Made by a program: the position numbers and the translations under genes. 64,000 bases of DNA from Tubiluchus corallicola (taxonomy: Eukaryota > Animalia > Priapulida), in assembly GCA_030141605.1 (NCBI GenBank), contig JAQGDQ010002402.1, positions 19,194-83,193 of the forward strand, in the 5' to 3' direction. The notes under the pieces were generated by a model. The model searched no databases. It was not told where the DNA came from and worked only from the letters and a program-made list of their open reading frames with translations. Shown here piece by piece: positions 31,027 through 43,632 of the stretch (its first letter is position 1; every line of letters begins with the position of its first letter).

Positions 31027-32427
31027 TTATAGGAATTCTCGCGGGTCAACTACTTCTCCTGCAATAGCTGCAGCAGCTGCTGTAAGAGGGCTAGCAAGCA
31101 TTGTACGAGAACCTGGACCTTGCCTTCCTTCAAAATTTCTATTAGAAGTAGAAACTGCATATTTCCCTTCTGGCACTTTATCCTCGTTCATCGCAAGGCA
31201 AGCAGAACAACCAGGTTGTCTTATTTCAAAGCCTGCATCTTCTAATATTTCAGATACTCCTTCTTCTTTTATTTGTTGCTCTACAAGTTTTGAACCCGGC
31301 ACTAACCAAGCTACAATATTTTTATGTTTCTTTTTACCTTTCACAAAATTGGCAAACTCTTTAAAATCTTCTATACGACCATTAGTACAACTACCCAAAA
31401 ATACATAATCTACCTTTTTGCCTAATAGTTTTTGTCCAGCCTCAAAGTCAAAATAAGCCAACGACTTCTTGAAAGAATCTAGCTCTTCGGGCTTTATAGT
31501 ATCCAAAGCAGGGATAGATTGAGTAATGCCTATTCCCATACCCGGGCTTGAACCATAGGTTATCATAGGTTCTACGTCTCCAGCTTTAATATTTAACTCT
31601 CTATCGAACCTTGCATCATCATCTGTTTTCAAGGTCTTCCAGTATTTCAAATGCTCTTCAAAATCCTCTCCCTTAGGTGCTCTTTCTCTGCCTTTAATAT
31701 ATTCAAAAGTCTTTTCATCAGGAGCTATCAGGCCACCCCTTGCTCCCATTTCTATACTCATATTACAAACTGTCATTCGCTCTTCCATCGACAAATTGCT
31801 AATGGTTGAACCTGCAAACTCTACAAAATAACCTGTTCCTCCTCCTGCCCCAAGTTGTGCTATGATATATAGTATAATATCTTTAGCCGTTACACCTTTT
31901 GCAAGTTCTCCATCTATGGAAATTCGCATTCTCTTAGGTTTCACTTGAAGGAGTGTTTGAGTAGCAAGCACCATTTCCACTTCTGAGGTACCTATTCCAA
32001 AAGCAATACATCCAAAAGCCCCGTGGGTAGAAGTATGACTATCGCCACATACTATGGTTTTTCCCGGTAAAGTAATGCCTAATTCAGGTCCTATTACATG
32101 TATTATTCCATTTTTAGGATGATTGTAGCCAAAAAATTCCACACCGTGATTAGCTGTATTTTCTCCTAATTTTTTTACTTGCAAACGAGATAATTCCTCC
32201 TTTATTGGTAGATGTTGGTCTTTCGTAGGGATGTTATGATCTACAGCAGCAAATGTTTGCTTAGGCTTTCTGACCTTTATACCTCGTTGGTCTAAACCTG
32301 CATAGGCCTGAGCACTAGTAACCTCGTGAGTAAAATGGGTATCTATGTAAAAGATAGTAGGGCCGCTAGGCACATTGGCAACAACATGGGCATTCCATAT
32401 CTTATCAAATAATGTTTTTCCACTCAT
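31027..32427 (-). CDS. leuC: 3-isopropylmalate dehydratase large subunit
   Basis: [35 protein letters not shown]. Confidence 0.97.
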   Translation of the reverse strand: MSGKTLFDKIWNAHVVANVPSGPTIFYIDTHFTHEVTSAQAYAGLDQRGIKVRKPKQTFAAVDHNIPTKDQHLPIKEELSRLQVKKLGENTANHGVEFFGYNHPKNGIIHVIGPELGITLPGKTIVCGDSHTSTHGAFGCIAFGIGTSEVEMVLATQTLLQVKPKRMRISIDGELAKGVTAKDIILYIIAQLGAGGGTGYFVEFAGSTISNLSMEERMTVCNMSIEMGARGGLIAPDEKTFEYIKGRERAPKGEDFEEHLKYWKTLKTDDDARFDRELNIKAGDVEPMITYGSSPGMGIGITQSIPALDTIKPEELDSFKKSLAYFDFEAGQKLLGKKVDYVFLGSCTNGRIEDFKEFANFVKGKKKHKNIVAWLVPGSKLVEQQIKEEGVSEILEDAGFEIRQPGCSACLAMNEDKVPEGKYAVSTSNRNFEGRQGPGSRTMLASPLTAAAAAIAGEVVDPREFL

Positions 32428-32525
32428 AACTAATTTATTATTATATAGTATTTTGGTAGTATAGTAAAAGCTGTATTATTCCTTTAATAAAAGTACAAAT
32501 ATAAGTTTTTAGATGTAATTATTGT

Positions 32526-34040
32526 TTAAAGTATCTTTGAAATGGCATCTAAAAACGCTTTTACTGATGCTGTAATAATATTGGTATCTGATGCAAAACC
32601 GTGATATACATTACCTTTACTTTCTATTTTGACGTGTATTTTTCCTTCGCCATCGCTACCACCTGATATGGCTTGTATAAGTAGTTCTTCAAGCCTTACT
32701 TTATTTGGTATTACCTTTTTAATAGCAGTAAAAGCAGCGTCCAAAGGGCCATTCCCTTTTGCTGAGGCTATCTTTTTTTCCCCATAATAATCTATTTCTA
32801 CATCTGCTTGCGAGTGGTCTGTTAAATAACTTTCCACATTCAATTGACTTAACTCTATACTTCTTTTGCCTCTTTTTATTTCTTTTCCTGTGGTAACATA
32901 GCTCATTAGCTCTACAAGATGCTCTTCACTTATATTTTTGTTTTTATCTGCTATTTGCAAGAACTTTTCATATATTTTTTCAAGTTCTGTTTTTTTCACA
33001 TCATAACCTATCCTTTTAAGGTGATGATTGAGCGCAGCCTTGCCACTTCGTGCAGTCAATATTATTTCAGAATTTTGTGCTCCTACCTCTTTGGGGTTCA
33101 TAATTTCATAAGTCTCTCTATTTTTAAGAACTCCATCCTGATGTATACCTGACGAATGAGCAAAAGCATTACGCCCTACAATAGCTTTGTTGGGTTGTAT
33201 AGGCATATTCATCAGTACAGATACGAGATGACTTGTTTTAGTAATAAGTTTAGAGTTTATATTACTTTCTACTGGCATATCTTTATGGCTTTTTATGATC
33301 ATAGCCACTTCTTCCAACGATGTATTACCAGCTCTTTCACCTATTCCGTTGATAGTTACTTCTACCTGCCTTGCACCATTCACTACTCCTGATATAGTGT
33401 TGGCTGTTGCCATACCAAGGTCGTTATGACAATGGGTAGAAAGAATAGCCTTATCTATATTAGACACATTGTCTGCAAGGTATTTTATTTTTCGTCCATA
33501 ATCTTCTGGCAAACAATAGCCTGTAGTATCAGGAACATTGATAACAGTGGCACCAGCTTTTATTACTGCTTCTACTACTTGGGCAAGATATTCATTCTCT
33601 GTCCGTCCTGCATCTTCAGCATAAAACTCTACATCTTCTACATATTTTTTAGCGTATTTAACAGCTTCTACTGCTCTTTCTATTATTTCTTCAGAATTGG
33701 AGTTAAATTTACCTTTGATATGATAAGGTGATGTGCCTATACCTGTATGTATTCTTCCTTTTTTAGCGTATTGCAATGCTTCAGCTGCTATTTCTATATC
33801 TTTTCTCACAGCACGAGTTAATGCACAAACAGTAGGTTTTTTTACTGCTTTAGATATAGCAACTACTGACTGAAAATCTCCGGGGCTAGAAATAGGAAAG
33901 CCCGCCTCTATTACATCTACACCAAGAGCTTCAAGCTGTTGGGCTACTTTTATTTTTTCTTCTTTATTAAGCTGACAACCGGGTACTTGTTCTCCATCTC
34001 TAAGGGTAGTGTCAAAAAAATATACTCTGTCCTTTTCCAT
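32526..34040 (-). CDS. leuA: 2-isopropylmalate synthase
   Basis: [24 protein letters not shown]. Confidence 0.96.
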   Translation of the reverse strand: MEKDRVYFFDTTLRDGEQVPGCQLNKEEKIKVAQQLEALGVDVIEAGFPISSPGDFQSVVAISKAVKKPTVCALTRAVRKDIEIAAEALQYAKKGRIHTGIGTSPYHIKGKFNSNSEEIIERAVEAVKYAKKYVEDVEFYAEDAGRTENEYLAQVVEAVIKAGATVINVPDTTGYCLPEDYGRKIKYLADNVSNIDKAILSTHCHNDLGMATANTISGVVNGARQVEVTINGIGERAGNTSLEEVAMIIKSHKDMPVESNINSKLITKTSHLVSVLMNMPIQPNKAIVGRNAFAHSSGIHQDGVLKNRETYEIMNPKEVGAQNSEIILTARSGKAALNHHLKRIGYDVKKTELEKIYEKFLQIADKNKNISEEHLVELMSYVTTGKEIKRGKRSIELSQLNVESYLTDHSQADVEIDYYGEKKIASAKGNGPLDAAFTAIKKVIPNKVRLEELLIQAISGGSDGEGKIHVKIESKGNVYHGFASDTNIITASVKAFLDAISKIL

Positions 34041-34333
34041 AATAGATTGATACTCTTAATTTAATGTCCTTCTGCTCAAATAATAAGCAATGTATTTAAC
34101 AGCAAAGTTAAAAATTATTGTTCTAATATGAGTTATATATAACAGTAAAATTTTCTTTCTGATATCGTAGAGGTTGTAAATCTAAGTTTTAGGGGTATCA
34201 TTTTCTATCAGAAATAAGACATTGCTTATAGCTATTGTTGGTTTTCCTATATCTTAAACCAAATGAAATATTTTATAGGAATATTTCCCTTTTTTTTATC
34301 TATTTTTGTGATTGATAAATTTTAGAAGATAAT

Positions 34334-35353
34334 ATGTTAGAAAAGATAGGCACTTTATTAAAAGAATTAGAAGTTTTTAAAGCTAAGACAACCGAAGAAG
34401 TAGAACAATTTAGAATAAAACAACTGGGCAAAAAGGGAACAATTTCACAGTTGTTTGATGAATTTAAGGCTTTACCTTCAGAGAAAAAACGAGAGATAGG
34501 AAAGCCTTTGAATGAGCTAAAGAATAAGACTTTAAAAAAAATAAATGACTTAAAGGAAAAACTAAACAACAATATACAAAAAGTAAATAATGTTGATTTA
34601 ACAATGCCTGCGGCACCTTATTTGTTAGGTAGTAGACATCCTATTTCTATAATGCGAAACAAAATTTTGGATATCTTCATCCGTATGGGTTTTGTAATAT
34701 CAGAAGGTCCTGAAATAGATGATAACTGGCATGTATTTTCTGCTCTCAATTTTCCAGAGGAGCATCCTGCAAGGGATATGCAAGATACATTCTTTATAAA
34801 ACGCAATCCTGATATTATTCTTCGGACACATACTTCCTCTGTTCAAATTCACGAAATGGAAGAAACACAACCACCTATCAGAACAGTAACACCAGGTAGG
34901 GTTTTTAGGAATGAAGCTATTTCTGCAAGGGCTCATTGTATTTTTCATCAAGTGGAAGCTTTGTTCATTGACAAGGGGGTATCGTTTGCCGATTTACGAC
35001 AGACCTTAGATTTTTTTGCCAAAGAACTCTTTGGAAGTACCATTAAGACAAGGCTACGTCCTTCTTACTTTCCTTTTACTGAACCCTCGGCCGAGATGGA
35101 CATTTCTTGCTCCCTTTGCGGAGGGAAAGGCTGCAATGTGTGCAAATATACAGGATGGCTAGAAATTCTGGGATGTGGTATGGTAGATGTAAGCGTACTA
35201 GAAAATACAAATATTGATAGCAAAAAATATTCAGGATTTGCTCTGGGGATGGGTATTGAACGTATTGCTATGTTGAAATATGGGATTAAGGATTTGAGAC
35301 TGTTTTTTGAAAATGATATAAGATTTCTCAATCAATTCCAATCTTGTTTGTAG
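34334..35353 (+). CDS. pheS: Phenylalanyl-tRNA synthetase alpha subunit
   Basis: HPARDMQDTF, RPSYFPFTEPS, GMGIERIAM. Confidence 0.97.
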   Translation: MLEKIGTLLKELEVFKAKTTEEVEQFRIKQLGKKGTISQLFDEFKALPSEKKREIGKPLNELKNKTLKKINDLKEKLNNNIQKVNNVDLTMPAAPYLLGSRHPISIMRNKILDIFIRMGFVISEGPEIDDNWHVFSALNFPEEHPARDMQDTFFIKRNPDIILRTHTSSVQIHEMEETQPPIRTVTPGRVFRNEAISARAHCIFHQVEALFIDKGVSFADLRQTLDFFAKELFGSTIKTRLRPSYFPFTEPSAEMDISCSLCGGKGCNVCKYTGWLEILGCGMVDVSVLENTNIDSKKYSGFALGMGIERIAMLKYGIKDLRLFFENDIRFLNQFQSCL

Positions 35354-35445
35354 AGCAACAATAGATTGGTAGAGGCAAAACAATGTCTTTTCCCTACAAC
35401 TAAGAACTAATATATAAAATATAATATCTTATAATACTTTTTACT

Positions 35446-35898
35446 ATGAAACTAAAATTTAACTGGGGAACGGGTGTCTTACTTTTTATAATAGTATACC
35501 TTATTGCAATGGGAACTTTTGTCTATAATAGTTTTCAACAAAAAGTCAATTTAGTACACCAAGACTACTATCCCGAAGGGATGAACTACCAGAAACATAT
35601 TGATAAACTGAGAAACACTAGGGAGGATAATGCTTATATTACTTTTAAACTTGCAAATAATTATTCGCACATTACTTTTCCTGCTTTGGTAAAAAATAAT
35701 GATGATGTGAGTGGAACAATTGTATTATATAGGCCTTCAGATGATAAGCTGGATTACAGTGTTCCCATTAACATAGAAAATAATGCAACTCAAAGCATAG
35801 ATATAAGGAGTTTGCAGAAGGGATTGTATGTACTGAAAATTGATTGGCAATATGGCAGTAAGAAATACTATTTTGAGAGAAAAATTAGTATAAAGTAA
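35446..35898 (+). CDS. FixH-family protein
   Basis: FNWGTG, LVHQDYY, LYRPSD. Confidence 0.75.
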   Translation: MKLKFNWGTGVLLFIIVYLIAMGTFVYNSFQQKVNLVHQDYYPEGMNYQKHIDKLRNTREDNAYITFKLANNYSHITFPALVKNNDDVSGTIVLYRPSDDKLDYSVPINIENNATQSIDIRSLQKGLYVLKIDWQYGSKKYYFERKISIK

Positions 35899-35900
35899 CT

Positions 35901-36611
35901 ATGAACTTAGGAGCTGCTATTATTTTAGGTTTATTGGGGAGTTTTCACTGTGTAGGTATGTGTGGAGCCATTGTACTGGCATTGCCTTCGGGAGTGTCTT
36001 CTTTTTTTCACAAACTTGTATATGGTTTTTTGTATAACATAGGTAGGGTAATTACTTATGGTTTTATGGGGCTGTTGTTTGGGGTATTTGGTGAAGGGAT
36101 CAACCTCGCCAACTTACAACAGGTGGCATCTGTTGTGATAGGGGCTATTATGATTGTTTCGGTGTTTTTACCTTCTGTTTTTACAGGTTTGAAAAAAATT
36201 GTAATCGCACCTCAATTTAATTATATCAATAAGTTGAAACAAAGTATGGGGCGTTTGTTGGCTCAGCAGTCATTATCTTCTATGTTATTCATTGGCATTT
36301 TAAATGGTTTCTTACCCTGTGGGTTAGTATACATTGCTATTGCCTCTGCTGTTGCAATAGGCGACTTGTGGAATGGTTTTTTATTTATGACCGCCTTTGG
36401 ACTTGCTACTGTGCCTATTCTCTTAGGTCTGTATCTTTCAAAAAGTATGATAAGTATACAACTAAAACGTATTGTCAATAAGATTATTCCTATATTTATT
36501 GTGATATTAGGTCTATTATTTATACTAAGAGGGTTAAACTTAGGTATCCCCTATCTTAGTCCTACCGACAGTGGATTGCAAGTAGGTAGCACACAAAGCA
36601 GTTGCCACTAA
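35901..36611 (+). CDS. TauE/SafE-like (DsbD_2) membrane protein
   Basis: GSFHCVGMCG, NGFLPCGLVY. Confidence 0.85.
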   Translation: MNLGAAIILGLLGSFHCVGMCGAIVLALPSGVSSFFHKLVYGFLYNIGRVITYGFMGLLFGVFGEGINLANLQQVASVVIGAIMIVSVFLPSVFTGLKKIVIAPQFNYINKLKQSMGRLLAQQSLSSMLFIGILNGFLPCGLVYIAIASAVAIGDLWNGFLFMTAFGLATVPILLGLYLSKSMISIQLKRIVNKIIPIFIVILGLLFILRGLNLGIPYLSPTDSGLQVGSTQSSCH

Positions 36612-36702
36612 ACATATGAAGGAATAGGTCAATTCTCACGAAAAACATATTTCTATTTCTTACTTCCTCAAAGTTTAAGTATAGGTAATAAAAATACTGC
36701 CC

Positions 36703-37449
36703 TTATTTGTACAATCCAAGTTTTAAATTATGCACCTCTTTGGAGGTGAGAAAACGCCACTTTCCCCTAGAGAGGTTCTTTTTGGTTAGCCCTGCATAAT
36801 ATACCCTATCCAATTTTTTGACTTTATATTGTAGGTATTCAAATATTCTTCTAACAATTCTATTTCTTCCCGAATGTATTTCTATGCCCACCTGTGTCTT
36901 ATCCATTTCCTCTATATAACTTATCTCATCAACCTTGATATGTCCATCCTCTAAATTGACCCCCTCTTTTATCTTTTTGAAATCCTCAAAATGCAAAGGC
37001 TTATCCAAAAACACATAATATACCTTTTTCTTTTCATACTTAGGATGAGTTAATTTTTTTGCCACCTCCCCATCATTGGTAAAAAGCAACAAGCCCAGCG
37101 TTGACCTATCTAGCCTCCCTACTGGATATATCCTTTCAGAGCAAGCACTCTTTACAAGGTCCATTACCGTTTTATTATGTTTAGGGTCGTAAGTAGTAGT
37201 TACAAAGTCCTTAGGCTTATTAAGAAGCACATACACCTTCCTTTCATTAGTCAATACCCTTTCCTTAAAAGTTACCTTATCCTCAACCCCTACCTTTGTT
37301 CCAAGCTCCTTAATCACAACCCCATTCACCTTTATTAACCCCTTCTGTATGTACTTATCTGCCTCTCTACGTGAACAAAGCCCAGAATTAGCAATACACT
37401 TATTCAACCTTATAACTTTCTTTCCTTTACTTTCCTCTTTCGATAGCAT
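36703..37449 (-). CDS. rRNA pseudouridine synthase (RsuA/RluB family)
   Basis: S4 domain SRREAD, VGRLD catalytic motif. Confidence 0.9.
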   Translation of the reverse strand: MLSKEESKGKKVIRLNKCIANSGLCSRREADKYIQKGLIKVNGVVIKELGTKVGVEDKVTFKERVLTNERKVYVLLNKPKDFVTTTYDPKHNKTVMDLVKSACSERIYPVGRLDRSTLGLLLFTNDGEVAKKLTHPKYEKKKVYYVFLDKPLHFEDFKKIKEGVNLEDGHIKVDEISYIEEMDKTQVGIEIHSGRNRIVRRIFEYLQYKVKKLDRVYYAGLTKKNLSRGKWRFLTSKEVHNLKLGLYK

Positions 37450-37460
37450 TGTGCTTTACT

Positions 37461-37862
37461 TTAAGGTGTTATTGTCCCTATTTTTTCCACCTGCACATCA
37501 TCTGCAACAGCCATATAACTAAGTTGCAACAAAGCAAGTATTGCTATTACAACAACGAGGCCAGTCATAGACTTAGCCGCTTTATGCTTTTTATACCTAA
37601 GAAGCAAAGTAACAAACGATATAATAGACAAAACAAGAGCGATAGAATTGATAAAATTAGCCGCATCTATAAAAATAGCATCAGGCGAAGGAAACTGCGT
37701 AGTAAAATTATAAGTAGCAATAAAAGTAAAAAACGGCAACAAAGAAAAAAACATCAAACCAGTATAAACAAGTTTTTTTCTCTTCAAAAACATTCCAACA
37801 ATAATAAAAACAGCACCAATAAAAAGTAGTAATATGGTGCTGTTTAATATCAATGAAAACAT
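37461..37862 (-). CDS. Hypothetical membrane protein (~4 TM)
   Basis: Hydrophobic 133-aa ORF co-oriented with neighbours. Confidence 0.5.
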   Translation of the reverse strand: MFSLILNSTILLLFIGAVFIIVGMFLKRKKLVYTGLMFFSLLPFFTFIATYNFTTQFPSPDAIFIDAANFINSIALVLSIISFVTLLLRYKKHKAAKSMTGLVVVIAILALLQLSYMAVADDVQVEKIGTITP

Positions 37863-37890
37863 TAGTTGTTGTTAAATATTATAAGTACTT

Positions 37891-38139
37891 TCATTCTGGA
37901 TATATATCGTCTTCTGCTATTCTTATAGCTCTATGCAAGTATCTTCCTGAAGAAAAACTCACATCCCAAACAACATTCTTTGTATCATAATCTACCTCTA
38001 TAATCCTTTTATCAGCATTATGACCAGGTACAAACATCATATTTTCAGAACCTTCTAAATAATCAGCACCACCACAGCAAAAAGAATAAGTGTCTTCTCC
38101 ATTCTCCTTACCATAGGTCCATACCTGCTGCACCGTCAT
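37891..38139 (-). pseudogene. Probable C-terminal remnant of an aryl-sulfate sulfotransferase-like gene
   Basis: MTVQQVWTYGKENG..YS and RIIEVDY...VV...HRAIR resemble ASST C-termini; only 82 aa. Confidence 0.5.
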
Positions 38140-38254
38140 AACGCTATTAATAAAATAACGAGAGTAAAATTAAAATGTTTCATAAAATTCGCAATCATCA
38201 AGAAGCAAGATCTTGCTTTCTCGTATAATTTTCAATTATTTCACTATTCATTGC

Positions 38255-40390
38255 TTACTTATTATCTTTAGAAGGACGAGGCAATAATGCTTTTCTTGAT
38301 AGTTTCATCTTTTTAGTTCTAGGGTCTATACCCACAAGTTTTACCTCTATTTCCTTACCTTCTTTCAAGTAATCCTCTACTTTTTCCACTCTTGCCCAAT
38401 CTATTTCTGATATATGCAGCAAGCCCTCTGTATTAGGCAGTATTTCTACAAATGCTCCAAAATCGGTAATAGTTTTTACTATTCCAGAATACACCTTACC
38501 TTCTTCAGGTTTTTCTATTGTTTTTTCTATAAAAGTTTTAGCTTTCACAAGCCCCTCTCTGTTGTTGGACGATATTTCTACAATACCTACATTGTCTATC
38601 TCTTCTATTATAATAGTTGTTTGAGTGTCTTCCTGTAATTTCTGAATATTCTTTCCACCAGGACCTATAATAGCACCTATCATATCTTTGGGTACTTCTA
38701 AAGTCTCTATTCTTGGAGTATGTGGCTTCAACTCTTCCCTTGGTTCTTGTATTGTTTCTTCTAGCTTATTAAGAATATGAAGTCTGCCCTCTTTAGCTTG
38801 CATAAGAGCCTCTTTTAATATTTCATACGACAAGCCATCTACTTTAATATCCATCTGCGTAGCAGTAATACCATCAGCCGTACCTGTTACCTTAAAATCC
38901 ATATCCCCAAGGTGATCCTCATCCCCAAGTATATCCGACAAAATAGCATACTTATCAGATTTCGTATCAGAAATAAGTCCCATTGCAATACCCGAAACAG
39001 GTTTTTTGATTTGAATACCTGCATCCATAAGTGCAAGTGTTCCTGCACAAACAGTAGCCATAGAAGAAGAGCCATTTGATTCTAATATATCCGATACTAC
39101 CCTCACAGTATAAGGGTTTTTCTCAGGCATCACTTTTTTCAAAGCTCTATGTGCAAGATTACCGTGTCCTACTTCTCTACGGCTAACGCCTCGCACTGGG
39201 CGTGCGTCTCCTGTTGAAAAAGGAGGAAAATTATAGTGCAAGGTAAATTTCTCCTTGTAGTTTTGTAGTGCATCATCTATCATCTTCTCATCCATCTTGC
39301 TTCCAAGAGTAACCGTGGTGAGCGACTGTGTCTCTCCTCGCGTGAATATTGCAGAGCCGTGTGTGCTGGGCAGGTAATTTATTTCCGACCAAATGGGACG
39401 TATTTCGGTAGTTTTTCTACCATCCAACCTTACTTTTTTATCAAGCACTGCATCTCTGATAGCTTCTTTTTCTACATCGTGAAAGTATTTATTGATAAGT
39501 ACAGAATTAGCTTCTTCCAATTCCTCTTCGCTATATTGTTTTTGCAAGAACTCTTCTTTTACTTCATCTATTTTTTCTTTTCTTTTATGCTTGTCTGCTG
39601 TACCTAACAATGCAATGTCATACAGTTTTTTATACGTTTTTTCTTTGATAGTTTCTTTGAGTTGTTCATCTTTTTCTTCGTGTTCATACTCTCTTTTTAC
39701 AGTACTACCCAACTCTTCGGCAAGTTCTATTTGTGCTTTACATTGTTTTTTGATAGCTTCGTGAGCATATTTTATTGCTTCTATAAGGTCTTCTTCCGAC
39801 ACCTCGTTCATTTCTCCTTCCACCATCATTACATTTTCGTAAGTAGCACCCACCATTATGTCCAACTCTGCATTTTCTATTTCACTTTTTGTTGGATTGG
39901 TTATAAGCTGTCCGTCTATTTTGGCTACTCTTACCTCTGAGATAGGTCCACCAAATGGTACATCTGATACAGCAAGAGCTGCTGATGCTGCAAGACCTGC
40001 AAGTGCATCTGGCATTATATCTTCCTCTGCTGAAATAAGGTTGATAGTTACAAATGTTTCAGCGTGATAATCATCTGGAAATAAAGGCCGCAAAGCCCTA
40101 TCTACTAAGCGAGAAATAAGTATCTCATTATCAGATGGCCTTCCCTCCCTTTTAAGAAAACCGCCCGGAAATCTACCAACGGCCGAAAACTTTTCTTTAT
40201 ATTCTACCGACAAAGGCATAAAGTCTAAACCGGGCTTATGCTCTCTGGCAGACACCACTGTGGCAAGAAGCATTGTGTTGCCCGTTCTAACCACTACACT
40301 ACCATCAGCCTGCTTGGCCAATTTGCCTGTTTCTATGGTTATTTCTCTATTGTTATCTAAGTTTATGACCTTTTTAATTACTTTTTGCAT
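38255..40390 (-). CDS. pnp: Polyribonucleotide nucleotidyltransferase
   Basis: [24 protein letters not shown] and S1 domains. Confidence 0.97.
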   Translation of the reverse strand: MQKVIKKVINLDNNREITIETGKLAKQADGSVVVRTGNTMLLATVVSAREHKPGLDFMPLSVEYKEKFSAVGRFPGGFLKREGRPSDNEILISRLVDRALRPLFPDDYHAETFVTINLISAEEDIMPDALAGLAASAALAVSDVPFGGPISEVRVAKIDGQLITNPTKSEIENAELDIMVGATYENVMMVEGEMNEVSEEDLIEAIKYAHEAIKKQCKAQIELAEELGSTVKREYEHEEKDEQLKETIKEKTYKKLYDIALLGTADKHKRKEKIDEVKEEFLQKQYSEEELEEANSVLINKYFHDVEKEAIRDAVLDKKVRLDGRKTTEIRPIWSEINYLPSTHGSAIFTRGETQSLTTVTLGSKMDEKMIDDALQNYKEKFTLHYNFPPFSTGDARPVRGVSRREVGHGNLAHRALKKVMPEKNPYTVRVVSDILESNGSSSMATVCAGTLALMDAGIQIKKPVSGIAMGLISDTKSDKYAILSDILGDEDHLGDMDFKVTGTADGITATQMDIKVDGLSYEILKEALMQAKEGRLHILNKLEETIQEPREELKPHTPRIETLEVPKDMIGAIIGPGGKNIQKLQEDTQTTIIIEEIDNVGIVEISSNNREGLVKAKTFIEKTIEKPEEGKVYSGIVKTITDFGAFVEILPNTEGLLHISEIDWARVEKVEDYLKEGKEIEVKLVGIDPRTKKMKLSRKALLPRPSKDNK

Positions 40391-40477
40391 TTCAATGTTT
40401 TTAGAAGATACTATTTTATATAATAAAGAAGAGGTAACTATATAAAAGCTACCTCTTAAAGTAAATTTTTCGCTATA

Positions 40478-40747
40478 TTATTTTCTTAACTTGAGTGCTT
40501 TTATAAGCAAACGGTATTGCTCTATATCTTTATTTTTAAGATAAGTTAGCAACTTCCTTCTTTTACCTACCAATTTTACTAAAGCTCTTTGTGTGCTAAA
40601 GTCCTTTTTGTTTTTTTTAAGATGTTTGTTGAGGTGATTTACACGATAAGTAAATAGAGCTACTTGGCTTTTCACAGAACCTGTGTTAGTTTCACTTCCA
40701 CTATGTTTTTTAAATAATTCTGCTTTTTTTTCTATTGTTAAATACAT
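40478..40747 (-). CDS. rpsO: 30S ribosomal protein S15
   Basis: NTGSVKSQVA, LVGKRRKLLTYL; upstream of pnp. Confidence 0.97.
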   Translation of the reverse strand: MYLTIEKKAELFKKHSGSETNTGSVKSQVALFTYRVNHLNKHLKKNKKDFSTQRALVKLVGKRRKLLTYLKNKDIEQYRLLIKALKLRK

Positions 40748-41244
40748 TATCCTCCTATACTTTTTAAATTTCTTAATTCTGCAAAGGTAATCATTTATTT
40801 TTTATCTTCTTGTTTTTTTTTATCTAAATTTTTGGGAATAATATATTTATTCAACTTATTTCCTACAAAGACATTCTATTATGTATTTCTTATAGCACAT
40901 AAATAGGAATAAGCTGTAATTTGTTAGCATTACAAAAAAATCTTACAATAATTTTTATTTTTCAATACACCTTTTAGCGATACTCTTGAAAATATGAGCT
41001 AGTTACTGAGCCAATACAAAACAAATAGTCATCAAAATAAAACTATATCTAATCAAATATGTAGTTATGTGTACATTATTTTAATATTTATTATTTTTTA
41101 TTTTAAGAAATATCAACCTCTATATTTCAATTATCTATTTCCTAAATAGATAATTAGATATTTTTACTATTTTTGCCTACCTTATTACAAGGGAAACTTT
41201 TATGCTAAGAGAGTTACGATATTCAAACTTAAAGATAAAAAAGT

Positions 41245-43632
41245 ATGAGCGATATAGCATTTGATGCAAAAGAAGTATTGGCAGATTACCGTTTGGCTTT
41301 TATGAGTCGCAAGTTAAGTAAAATGGGGCGTAAAGAAGTTTTGACTGGTAAAGCTAAGTTTGGTATTTTTAGCGATGGAAAAGAAGTGGCTCAAATAGCT
41401 ATGGCTAAACAATTTCTAAAAGGTGATTGGCGGTCAGGATATTATCGCGACCAAACATTTATGTTAGCTGCAAATTTACTTTCTATTGATGAATTTTTCT
41501 CTCAACTTTATGGCGACACTAATGTAGAGTACAACCCACAAAGTGGGGGACGTATGATGAATAGTCATTATGCCACACAAAGTATTAATAAAGACGGTAG
41601 TTGGCGTGATTTAATGAAGCAAAAAAACACATCAGCAGATGTATCTCCCACTGCAGGGCAGATGCCTCGCTTAGTAGGTTTAGCTTATGCTTCAAAATTA
41701 TATAGGAATAATCCCGAACTTAAAGACTTAAAACATTTTTCTGCTGGAGGTAATGAGGTAGCTTTTGGAACAATAGGAGATGCAAGTAGTGCCGAAGGGC
41801 ATTTTTGGGAGACAATAAACGCAGCAGGTGTGTTGCAAGTGCCAATGGCATTGTCTATTTGGGACGATGGCTGGGGTATTTCTGTACCTAAAAGCCTGCA
41901 ACTAACTAATGATAATATCTATCAAATGTTAGAAGGGTTTAAAAAGAATGAACAAGGAAAGGGTATTTTAGTTTACAATGTAAAGGGCTGGGACTATGAA
42001 GCTCTGTGCAAGACTTACAAAGAAGGCATAGAAAAATGCAGAAAGGAACACGTACCTGTGGTATTTCATATTGAGGAATTAACCCAACCTTTAGGACATT
42101 CTACCTCAGGTTCTCACGAAAGGTACAAAAGCAAAGAACGCTTGGAATGGGAAGCAGAATACGATGCGTTAAAAAAAATGCGGGACTGGATTTTATCCTC
42201 AAAAATAGCAGATGAAAAGACACTAAAAGACATAGAGCAGGAAGAACTAACAAAAATTAAAACAATCCATAAAGAGACGTGGAGAAGATACATTGGGCCT
42301 ATCAAAAAAGAAAGAACTGACTTAACCAACTTACTAAAAAAGGAAAGCGAGGGTGCAAAACAACAAGTAAAAAAAACCATAGACAGTTTAGTAGAAAAAC
42401 TTAACAAAATAATAAACCCTTTTAAAAGCGATACTATTAGTACAGCAAGAAAGATATTGCATATTGCAAGCATAGAAGGCGAACTGAGCTTAAAGGACAA
42501 GATATTTAAATGGTTGAAAGAAAGAGAAGAAAAAGAAAAGATAATTTACAATACTCATTTGTACAGTGAAACAAAAGAGGCTGCTATTAACGTAAAGGGT
42601 GTTTTGCCTCAATACGATACAAATGCAAAAGTTTTAACAGGCAGGGAGATACTACGCGAAAATTTTGATTGTCTATTTAAGCACAACCCACGTTTAGTTA
42701 CATTTGGGGAGGACACTGGCAAACTGGGAGGAGTGAATCAGAGCTTGGAAGGACTTCAAGCAAAATATAGTGATTTGCGAATTACAGACACTGGTATCAG
42801 GGAGGCAACTATTATAGGACAAGGCTTAGGTTTAGCACTAAGAGGACTACGTCCCATTGCAGAAATACAGTATTTTGATTACATAATGTATGCTTTACAG
42901 ACCATTAACGATGATTTAGCTTCTACTAGATATAGGACAAACGGTCGGCAGAAATCTCCCTTAATAATTCGCACACGTGGCCACAGATTGGAGGGGGTGT
43001 GGCATTCGGGATCTCCTTTGGGAACAATGTTAAGTGCTATGCGAGGAGTATACATTTGTGTACCTCGTAATATGACACAGGCAGCAGGATTTTACAACAC
43101 CCTGTTAGAAGGAGACGACCCCGCATTAGTTATAGAACCCCTAAATGCTTACCGTTTGAAAGAGAAATTGCCTTCTAATTTGGGCAGGTTTAGAACACCA
43201 TTGGGTGTACCCGAAGTTATTGTAGAAGGAAATGATATTACAATAGTTACCTATGGAACGTGTGTACGTATTGCAGGGAGTGCTGCAGATGAATTGGAAA
43301 AATTAGGTATATCAGCAGAGGTAATTGACGTACAAACACTATTGCCTTTTGATACAAACAGAGTTGTATTAAAGTCTATAAAAAAAACAAACAAAGTATT
43401 ATTTTTAGATGAAGATGTAAAGGGAGGGGCAACAGCTTATATGATGCAACAGGTATTGGAAAGGCAAGGTGCTTTCGATTATTTAGAAGTGGCTCCAAAA
43501 ACTTTATCAGCTCAAGACCATCGCCCTGCATATAGCACAGATGGAGACTATTTCTCCAAGCCTAATGTGGACGATGTGGTGAAAGATATATACAAAATAA
43601 TGAGCGAAATAAAACCTTCTAAGTTTATCTAA
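41245..43632 (+). CDS. Fused alpha/beta 2-oxoacid dehydrogenase E1 (TPP-dependent)
   Basis: GDASSAEG TPP motif, GHSTSGSH, DTGIREATI, AEIQY. Confidence 0.88.
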   Translation: MSDIAFDAKEVLADYRLAFMSRKLSKMGRKEVLTGKAKFGIFSDGKEVAQIAMAKQFLKGDWRSGYYRDQTFMLAANLLSIDEFFSQLYGDTNVEYNPQSGGRMMNSHYATQSINKDGSWRDLMKQKNTSADVSPTAGQMPRLVGLAYASKLYRNNPELKDLKHFSAGGNEVAFGTIGDASSAEGHFWETINAAGVLQVPMALSIWDDGWGISVPKSLQLTNDNIYQMLEGFKKNEQGKGILVYNVKGWDYEALCKTYKEGIEKCRKEHVPVVFHIEELTQPLGHSTSGSHERYKSKERLEWEAEYDALKKMRDWILSSKIADEKTLKDIEQEELTKIKTIHKETWRRYIGPIKKERTDLTNLLKKESEGAKQQVKKTIDSLVEKLNKIINPFKSDTISTARKILHIASIEGELSLKDKIFKWLKEREEKEKIIYNTHLYSETKEAAINVKGVLPQYDTNAKVLTGREILRENFDCLFKHNPRLVTFGEDTGKLGGVNQSLEGLQAKYSDLRITDTGIREATIIGQGLGLALRGLRPIAEIQYFDYIMYALQTINDDLASTRYRTNGRQKSPLIIRTRGHRLEGVWHSGSPLGTMLSAMRGVYICVPRNMTQAAGFYNTLLEGDDPALVIEPLNAYRLKEKLPSNLGRFRTPLGVPEVIVEGNDITIVTYGTCVRIAGSAADELEKLGISAEVIDVQTLLPFDTNRVVLKSIKKTNKVLFLDEDVKGGATAYMMQQVLERQGAFDYLEVAPKTLSAQDHRPAYSTDGDYFSKPNVDDVVKDIYKIMSEIKPSKFI

